Below, one piece after another: positions 18,033 to 23,872 of a DNA stretch of 23,872 bases. The stretch covers positions 28,455 to 52,326 of the forward strand of contig CAYVKG010000023.1 of assembly GCA_964451955.1 (NCBI GenBank), read 5' to 3'. Within the stretch, counting starts at the first letter, position 1. Every line of letters begins with the position of its first letter. A program made the position numbers and the translations under genes. The DNA comes from an uncultured Tepidisphaeraceae bacterium (GTDB lineage: Bacteria > Planctomycetota > Phycisphaerae > Tepidisphaerales > Tepidisphaeraceae). The notes below the pieces were generated by a model, which had not been told where the DNA came from, made no database searches, and saw only the letters and a program-made list of their open reading frames with translations.

Positions 18033-19115
18033 ATGTCTGATCCACAGCGAATCCTGATTGTTCAGCCCAACTGGGTCGGCGATGCCATTATGGCCAGCCC
18101 GACGCTGCGGGCGATGCGAGAGTTGTTTCCCAACGCCCACATCAGCTACCTGCTTCGCCGATACGTCAAGGCTGTCTACACCGGCATGCCTTGGTGGGAC
18201 CGACTCATCACCTACCGCACCGGCAAGAGTGCCGGGAAAGCCGGCAAAGGACTCTTCGACCTTGCCGCAAGACTCCGCGCCGGAAAGTTCGACATGGCGG
18301 TTGTCTTGCCAAACTCGCTCCGCAGCGCCCTGATCTGCAAAGCCGCCAAAATCAAACGGATTGTCGGCTACGAACGCGATGGCCGCGGGTTTCTCCTTAC
18401 CGACAAGCTCCTGCCCGCCAAGGAAAGGGGCAAATTCGTCCCGACACCGACCGTAACCTACTACTTCGGCGCCGTCCGCTATCTTGGCTCACGCAATCGC
18501 GACCTCAAGCTCGAGCTTTTCGTGACCGACGCCGAACGCAATGCCGCCGTACGCGTGCTCGAACGCTGTGGCCTCGATGGCGGTCTCTGCCGACCCGCTT
18601 CCAACGGAGGTAAACCCCTCGTCATGCTCAACCCCGGTGCCCAATACGGCGCGGCCAAGTGCTGGCTCCCCGAGAACTTCGCCCAACTGGCCGACCAGTT
18701 CATCGACGAAATCGGCGCCACCGTCCTTCTCAGTGGCTCGCCGCGCGATCGCCGCATCATCGATGCCGTCCAACGCAACATGAAACACGCGGCCGTCGAT
18801 CTCTCCAACAAGGGAATTGACCTCGGCAGCCTCAAGGAGATCGTCCGCCGATGCGACCTGCTCGTCACCAATGACACCGGCCCACGCCACATCGCCGCCG
18901 CGTTCGACGTCCCCGTCGTCACCGTCTTCGGCCCGACCCATCCCGAATGGTCCGAAACGAACTTCGCCAAGGAACGAAAAGTCGCGGTCAAAGTCTTCTG
19001 TGGCCCCTGCCAGAAGAAGCGGTGTCCGCTGGATCACCGATGTATGACCCGCATCTCCCCCATGATGGTGTTTGCCGAGGCGATGAAGTTGCTTCCCAAG
19101 TTCGCGCGCGTGTGA
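18033..19115 (+). CDS. Glycosyltransferase family 9 (ADP-heptose:LPS heptosyltransferase, WaaF/RfaF-like)
   Basis: MSDPQRILIVQPNWVGDAIMASPTLRAMRELFPNAHISYL..., ...GYERDGRGFLL..., and ...LLVTNDTGPRHIAAAFDVPVVTVFGPT... are canonical GT9 motifs. Confidence 0.8.
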   Translation: MSDPQRILIVQPNWVGDAIMASPTLRAMRELFPNAHISYLLRRYVKAVYTGMPWWDRLITYRTGKSAGKAGKGLFDLAARLRAGKFDMAVVLPNSLRSALICKAAKIKRIVGYERDGRGFLLTDKLLPAKERGKFVPTPTVTYYFGAVRYLGSRNRDLKLELFVTDAERNAAVRVLERCGLDGGLCRPASNGGKPLVMLNPGAQYGAAKCWLPENFAQLADQFIDEIGATVLLSGSPRDRRIIDAVQRNMKHAAVDLSNKGIDLGSLKEIVRRCDLLVTNDTGPRHIAAAFDVPVVTVFGPTHPEWSETNFAKERKVAVKVFCGPCQKKRCPLDHRCMTRISPMMVFAEAMKLLPKFARV

Positions 19116-19123
19116 TACTGCAG

Positions 19124-19145
19124 GGCGGTGATTCAATTCCGCCCC
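19124..19145 (+). terminator. Stem-loop GGGCGG-tgattcaatt-CCGCCC, 9 nt after the GT9 stop
   Basis: 6-bp GC stem with a 10-nt loop. No U-tract, so it may be a terminator or an RNA-stability element. Confidence 0.3.
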
Positions 19146-19167
19146 GCAATCGCTACAATCCCGCGCC

Positions 19168-21993
19168 ATGATCTATCGCATTGACGTGAAAGTGGCTGGC
19201 AACGGAAACGATCCGCTTGGCCAAGCCGTACGACATCAGATAGCCGAATTCGGTACCACGGTCGGCCCCATCGAGACAGCCAGGGTGTTCCTTATCGACA
19301 CCGACGCCAAGGAAGCGGACGTGCGCCGAATGGCCGACGAACTGCTGGCGGATCCCGTGGTCGAGCTTGCCGAACTGGTCAGGACCCCACCGTCGGACGC
19401 GGGCAAGAGCCGGATCGAGGTTCACCTCAAGCCGGGGGTCATGGACCCCGTGGCGGCCTCGACCGAGATGGCGATTCGCGACATGGGCCTGACCGCTCGC
19501 CAAGTCCGCACCGGGCGTGCCTATCTCATCGACGGTTCGGTTCCCCGCGTCGAACTCGAACGCATCGCTAACCGCGTCCTGGCCAATGGCGTCGTCGAGT
19601 CGGTCCATTTCGACGCCTTCATCCCCGAGGCCTTTCCCGCCGGCCGCGAGTATCGGCTTAATCTCCGGCATGTCTCGATCCGAAACCTCAACGACGCCCA
19701 ACTGGCCAAACTCAGCCGCGAAGGGCATTTGTTCCTGTCGCTGGCGGAGATGAAGGCGATTCAGAAGTACTTCCAGAACGCCGGCCGCGAGCCCACCGAT
19801 GTCGAACTCGAAACCCTTGCCCAGACGTGGTCCGAACACTGCGTCCACAAGACCCTCAAGAGCGCCGTCGATCTCCAGGTCAAAGACGAAGCCGGAAACG
19901 TCGTCGAGACCCGCTCCTACCAGAATCTGATCAAGGAGACGATCTTCAAAAGCACCATGGAGCTCATGCAGAATTCCGCGAAGGACGAGTTCTGTCTCTC
20001 GGTGTTTGCCGACAACGCCGGTGTTGTTGTCTTCGACGAAAAGGATGCCGTTTGCTTCAAGGTCGAAACCCATAACCATCCCAGCGCGATCGAACCCTAC
20101 GGCGGCAGTGCAACCGGCATCGGAGGCGTCATCCGCGACATCCTCGGCACCGGCCTGGCCGCCAAACCCATCGCCAACACCGACGTCTTCTGCGTGGGTG
20201 ATGCCAATTACGACCGTGAAAAACTCCCCAAGGGTGTCATCCACCCCAAACGCATCCTTCGCCAGGTCGTCGCCGGCGTGCGCGACTACGGCAACCGCAT
20301 GGGCATCCCCACCGTCAACGGCGCCGTCTATTTCGATGACCGCTACCTTGGCAACCCCCTCGTCTTCTGCGGCTGCGTGGGACTCATCCCCCGCGACAAG
20401 ATCCACAAGCAGGCCAAGCCCGGCGACGCCATCGTCGTCATGGGTGGCCGCACCGGCCGCGATGGCATCCATGGCGCCACCTTCTCGTCGGCCGAACTGA
20501 CCGACACGCACGCCGACGAGTTCTCCCATGCCGTTCAGATCGGTAACGCCATCACGGAGAAGAAGACCACCGATGTGCTTCTGCAGGCCAGAGATCGGGA
20601 GCTTTTCACCGCAGTCACCGACTGTGGCGCCGGCGGTCTCTCGTCGGCGGTTGGGGAGATGGGCGAGAAACTTGGGGCGTTTGTCCAACTGGCCAAAGTT
20701 CCCCTCAAATACGCCGGCCTCCGTTACGACGAAATCTGGATTTCCGAAGCTCAGGAACGGATGGTCCTGGCTGTGCCCCAGGACAAGGTCCAGGCCGTGC
20801 TTGACTTGGCCGCGGGAGAGGATGTGGAAGCCACCGTGATCGGCCACTTCGGCACTCCCGGCGCCGAGTTGAGGCTTGACTACGCCGGGACGGAAGTTGG
20901 TCGGCTGTCTATGGATTTCCTGCACAACGGTTTGCCCAAGCGTCACATGAAAGCCGTTGCTCGCAAGAGGGCGGTTGTTCAGAATCACGCCAATCATGAC
21001 TCGCGAGCGACGAAGGAAAGACTGCTGTCGATGCTTGGCCGGCCCAACATCGCCTCGAAGCACTGGATCATTCGGCAATACGACCACGAGGTGCAGGGCG
21101 GGTCAGTGATCAAGCCCCTGACGGGTCTCAGGCAGGTTGGCCCGTCCGACGCGGCGGTTTTGCGACCGAAGCTGGACGGATACAAAGGGATTGCCATCGG
21201 TTGCGGGATGGCGCCGCACGTGGAGGATCCGTATGACATGGCGATCGCGTCGATCGACGAGGCCGTTCGGAACGTAGTTGCGGTGGGTGCGGACCCGGGT
21301 AGGGTTGCGATTCTGGACAACTTCTGCTGGCCGAGCGTAGATGACGAGCAGACGACGGGTTCGCTGGTTCGCGCCTGTGAAGCGTGTTACGACGCGGCGA
21401 AGGCGTATGGGATTCCGTTCATTTCGGGGAAGGACAGTTTGAACAACCAGTTTACGAACCGGGAGACGAAGGAGGTGATTCGGATTCCGAACACGCTGCT
21501 GATCAGTGCGATGGGGGTTCTGGAGGATGTTCGCAAGTGCGTGACGATGGACCTGAAGAGGGCCGGGAGCACGTTGGGGCTGATTCGGCCGCATGGATCG
21601 CATCCAGGGTTGAGGGGTTTGGCGGCGGTGCATCGGTTTGTGGCGGCCGCGATTCGATCGGGTGCGATCGTCAGTTGCCATGATGTGAGCGACGGCGGGG
21701 TGCTGGTTGCGGCGGCGGAGATGTGCATTGGTTCGGGGCTTGGGATGAAGCTGGATCTGAGCGTGCTGGGTCGGGGTCCTTTTGACGAATGCCTAGGGAA
21801 GTACCTGGTGGAGTTCAGCGTAACCGACGGGCGGATGCCGCGGCTGCCGAGTTGTCCGGAGGGGACGGAGGTTCGGGTGGTGGGGGTGGTTACGGGAAGT
21901 TGCGATCTTGTTGCGGAGGGCCGTGGGGTGGAGTGTTTCCGCGCGTCTATTGATGAGATGACGGCTGCGTGGCGAGGGACATTGGACTGGTGA
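19168..21993 (+). CDS. purL: Phosphoribosylformylglycinamidine synthase, fused PurS-PurS-PurL (small-type PurL with two N-terminal PurS-like modules), 941 aa
   Basis: Residues 1-80 (IYRIDVKVAGNGNDPLGQAVRHQI...) and about 85-165 (RIEVHLKPGVMDPVAASTEMAIRDMG...) each resemble PurS (consensus YKVxVxVxLKxxVLDPQGxAV). These are followed by the PurL core (SEHCVHKT, AIRM/PurM-like domains, GGLSSAVGEM). Confidence 0.9.
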   Translation: MIYRIDVKVAGNGNDPLGQAVRHQIAEFGTTVGPIETARVFLIDTDAKEADVRRMADELLADPVVELAELVRTPPSDAGKSRIEVHLKPGVMDPVAASTEMAIRDMGLTARQVRTGRAYLIDGSVPRVELERIANRVLANGVVESVHFDAFIPEAFPAGREYRLNLRHVSIRNLNDAQLAKLSREGHLFLSLAEMKAIQKYFQNAGREPTDVELETLAQTWSEHCVHKTLKSAVDLQVKDEAGNVVETRSYQNLIKETIFKSTMELMQNSAKDEFCLSVFADNAGVVVFDEKDAVCFKVETHNHPSAIEPYGGSATGIGGVIRDILGTGLAAKPIANTDVFCVGDANYDREKLPKGVIHPKRILRQVVAGVRDYGNRMGIPTVNGAVYFDDRYLGNPLVFCGCVGLIPRDKIHKQAKPGDAIVVMGGRTGRDGIHGATFSSAELTDTHADEFSHAVQIGNAITEKKTTDVLLQARDRELFTAVTDCGAGGLSSAVGEMGEKLGAFVQLAKVPLKYAGLRYDEIWISEAQERMVLAVPQDKVQAVLDLAAGEDVEATVIGHFGTPGAELRLDYAGTEVGRLSMDFLHNGLPKRHMKAVARKRAVVQNHANHDSRATKERLLSMLGRPNIASKHWIIRQYDHEVQGGSVIKPLTGLRQVGPSDAAVLRPKLDGYKGIAIGCGMAPHVEDPYDMAIASIDEAVRNVVAVGADPGRVAILDNFCWPSVDDEQTTGSLVRACEACYDAAKAYGIPFISGKDSLNNQFTNRETKEVIRIPNTLLISAMGVLEDVRKCVTMDLKRAGSTLGLIRPHGSHPGLRGLAAVHRFVAAAIRSGAIVSCHDVSDGGVLVAAAEMCIGSGLGMKLDLSVLGRGPFDECLGKYLVEFSVTDGRMPRLPSCPEGTEVRVVGVVTGSCDLVAEGRGVECFRASIDEMTAAWRGTLDW

Positions 21994-23641
21994 GTGTGTA
22001 GACCGTGATGGGGTTGCCATCGTCGTCAGCGCGGATTTGTTCGGTCATTCCGGGGGGTTCGGGCGAGTTTTTTTTCTTGCCCTTGTCGAAGATGACGATG
22101 AGATCGGGCCGATCGCGGAGCGCATCGGCGAGTTGTCGTTCGGTTGTGTAGAGAGGGACGGGCTTGCCGAGGTGATAGGAGAGGGTGAGGCTTTCGGCTT
22201 GCCAGAAGGCGAGGGGGCGATTGGGAAAGGCGGCGTGGATTTGGCGAGCGAGGTTGAGGCGGACGGTTTTCTGGATTGTTGGTCCCCAGAGGCCGAGTGC
22301 GATGCAGACGATGGTGGCGCCGGGGAGGATGAGGAGAAGGGCGGCTGTGGGGAGGTGATTGCGGAGGGAGAGCCGGAGCACGATAGCCATGGAGGCCGCC
22401 ATTGCTGCGCCGAGGAGGAGGTCGAAGGTGGTGAGGTGTCCGCGGATCATGAATGCCGCGATCGGCGGGGCGGGGGCGGCGAGCAGGGCGACGATTGCGG
22501 TGCAGAAGACGACGACCGCGGTGAGACGGGTGAAGCGGGGATTGGTCGCGGCGATGGCTCGGTCGATGGCGTATCCGACGAGGGCCATGAGGGGCGGCAT
22601 CAGCGGCAGGAAGTAGTGGGCCTGTTTTTGCCCGATGCAGTGTAGGGGGAGGAAGATCACGGTGATCCAAAGGAAGAGCACTCGAAGCGGCAGGCTTGAT
22701 TTGATCTGGGGTAAGGCTGCGAAGAGTCCGAGGAGGAGGAAGCCGATCCAGGGGAGGGGAGCGGTGGGGAGGATTTCGGCGATGTAGAACCAGAAGGGGC
22801 GTTTGTGGTCGACGCCTGTGAGGAGGATGGCGGCTTCGGCTTTCATGGTTGCGGGCCCGACGGCGTGGGAGACATAGAGGAACCAGGGTGCGGCGATCGC
22901 GAGGAGGGTGAGGCCTGCGCCGCCGACGAGGAAGCTGGAGAGGAGTTGCCAGCGGCGGGTGCCGGCCGCGAGCGCGGTGAGGAAGAGGATGGGATAGGCG
23001 CCGGGCGGTCCTTTGGAGAGTATAGCCAGTGCAGTGGCCGCGGCCGCCAGGTGGCAGTGCAGATAGACGGGGAGGGGTGTTGTTCTGGGGGCATTTTTGT
23101 CGGTGAGGGGATCTTCCGGGGGCAGGGCAAGCCAGGCGCGGTAGATGGAGTACACGGCGGCGGTGACGAAGAAGGTGACCAAGACATCGGTTTCGGCCAG
23201 TGGAGCGTATCGAACGAAGAGGAGGGATCCGAGCATCGCTGCGGCGGAGAAGAAGGCGGCGCGGGAATTGAAGAGTTGTCTGGTCAGCGCATAGGTGAGG
23301 GCGAGGGAAAGCCACCCGAGGAGAGCCATGGGCAGACGGCCCGCCCAGACGCTGACGCCGAGGGCCTTGTATGACCCAGCAGCGAGCCAATAGGCCAGTG
23401 GGGGCTTTTCGAGGCGCACTCGCCCGTTGAGATGCGGGACGAGCCAGTCTTGCAGGGGCGAGCTGAGCATTTCCCTTGCGGTCTGGAGGACGCGAGCCTC
23501 CTGGGTGCGATCGAGGGGCAGGTGTGCGCTCATGGCAGCCATGAGGGCTCCGGCGGCCAGCCAGAGCGGCACGAGGAATGTGCCCTTTTCGAACCACGGC
23601 TGGTCGGTCGGGGCGTACTGGGACTGGCCAAGGGGTTCCAT
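21947..23641 (-). CDS. GT-C fold membrane glycosyltransferase (ArnT / PMT-like, GT39/GT83 family)
   Basis: Start at ATG 23641 (MEPLGQSQY...). At least 10 predicted TM helices. The N-terminal catalytic region (RLEKPPLAYWLAAGSYKALGVSVWAGRLPMALLGWLSLALTYALTRQLF) is typical of ArnT/PMT_2 enzymes. The 3' end overlaps the convergent purL by 47 nt. Confidence 0.75.
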   Translation of the reverse strand: MEPLGQSQYAPTDQPWFEKGTFLVPLWLAAGALMAAMSAHLPLDRTQEARVLQTAREMLSSPLQDWLVPHLNGRVRLEKPPLAYWLAAGSYKALGVSVWAGRLPMALLGWLSLALTYALTRQLFNSRAAFFSAAAMLGSLLFVRYAPLAETDVLVTFFVTAAVYSIYRAWLALPPEDPLTDKNAPRTTPLPVYLHCHLAAAATALAILSKGPPGAYPILFLTALAAGTRRWQLLSSFLVGGAGLTLLAIAAPWFLYVSHAVGPATMKAEAAILLTGVDHKRPFWFYIAEILPTAPLPWIGFLLLGLFAALPQIKSSLPLRVLFLWITVIFLPLHCIGQKQAHYFLPLMPPLMALVGYAIDRAIAATNPRFTRLTAVVVFCTAIVALLAAPAPPIAAFMIRGHLTTFDLLLGAAMAASMAIVLRLSLRNHLPTAALLLILPGATIVCIALGLWGPTIQKTVRLNLARQIHAAFPNRPLAFWQAESLTLSYHLGKPVPLYTTERQLADALRDRPDLIVIFDKGKKKNSPEPPGMTEQIRADDDGNPITVYTLTSPMSLATQPSSHQ

Positions 23642-23872
23642 TGAGGTGGAAGTATAGCCTTGGGTGGGCGCGATAACGAGGGAGGGAACTGGGCTTCGGC
23701 TGGCTCGGAAGGGGGGACCGGGAGTGGAGCGGGGACGCGAGGGCAGGCGCGAAGTGGCGTTGTTGGTGGGGTGAGGGGCGGAAAGGGTGTGCGCGAGGGG
23801 GTTGGGGGATGTAACGTGAGGTTTGGCCGGGGGTTGGGGGATTTGAGGGGGTGAAAAAAGGGGCAAAAAGCG
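23642..23872 (+). repeat. Strongly G-rich, purine-rich tract (C-rich on the minus strand, where it is the 5' leader of the GT-C gene) with many GGGG/GGGGG runs
   Basis: The sequence contains gggggg, gggg, ggggtg, ggggcgg, ggggg, ggggg and ggggg runs and almost no C on the plus strand. Extends to the end of the window. Confidence 0.6.

Noticed and set aside
19153-21087. 644-aa minus-strand ORF antisense to purL. Other long antisense or alternate-frame ORFs of the same kind: 865..1623, 1999..2775, 2772..3524, 3611..4261, 9552..10724, 10609..11679, 13342..14409, 17054..17977, 22026..23597.
   Set aside because: All lie opposite, or out of frame with, genes that have unambiguous family signatures. 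Their translations are Arg/Pro/Gly-rich with no domain-like patterns. These are the classic stop-codon-poor shadow frames of a 65% GC genome.
1-23872. Mobile elements, integrases, toxin-antitoxin pairs, and restriction-modification or other defence modules
   Set aside because: No transposase, integrase, recombinase or nuclease/ATPase pairs typical of defence islands were recognisable. I found no terminal inverted or direct repeats. The GC composition is uniform apart from short AT-richer promoter regions.

Overview
This is a GC-rich (about 65%) bacterial chromosomal segment carrying ordinary housekeeping genes. Several hallmarks suggest Planctomycetota, by inference only: little Shine-Dalgarno usage, a membrane Ser/Thr kinase with a GspE-N-like N-terminal region, a Tat-secreted sugar isomerase, GT-C and GT9 glycosyltransferases, and very long spurious antisense ORFs. 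Supported genes in order:
- NfeD/YqiJ-like membrane protein, followed by a long flotillin (SPFH/YqiK-like) and a minimal two-TM K+-channel-like pore protein, all on the + strand and tightly spaced, so probably one operon.
- Endonuclease IV (nfo).
- A minus-strand secreted low-complexity protein with a TolB-N-like domain, a Tyr-rich block, an Arg/Asp/His block and 33-nt tandem repeats encoding ERPSSPPxSRx.
- An NAD-dependent 3-hydroxyisobutyrate/tartronate-semialdehyde dehydrogenase-family enzyme.
- A membrane-anchored Ser/Thr kinase.
- recJ.
- A Tat-signal sugar-phosphate isomerase (xylose-isomerase-like TIM barrel).
- A small hypothetical gene, possibly PilZ-like.
- rpmE (L31, Zn-ribbon form).
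- radA/sms.
- A DUF971 protein.
- gatB.
- A GntR-HTH regulator with a sugar-binding domain.
- A GT9 heptosyltransferase-like enzyme.
- A fused PurS-PurS-PurL FGAM synthase.
- A GT-C (ArnT/PMT-like) membrane glycosyltransferase.
I found no transposases, integrases, CRISPR arrays, tRNAs or rRNAs. The features most worth a second look are listed below.
- The flotillin-NfeD operon ends in a KcsA-like channel gene whose selectivity filter reads SVGYS rather than TVGYG.
- A secreted protein has extensin-like composition (Tyr-rich plus S-P-P repeats) and a repeat array that could vary in copy number.
- The purL gene carries two PurS-like modules fused to its N-terminus.
- The radA leader is packed with repeats around a good sigma70-like promoter.
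- The last 230 bases of the window form a strongly G-rich, G-quadruplex-prone tract.
None of these is unambiguous evidence of a novel multi-gene system. They are the places where the sequence departs from textbook expectations.
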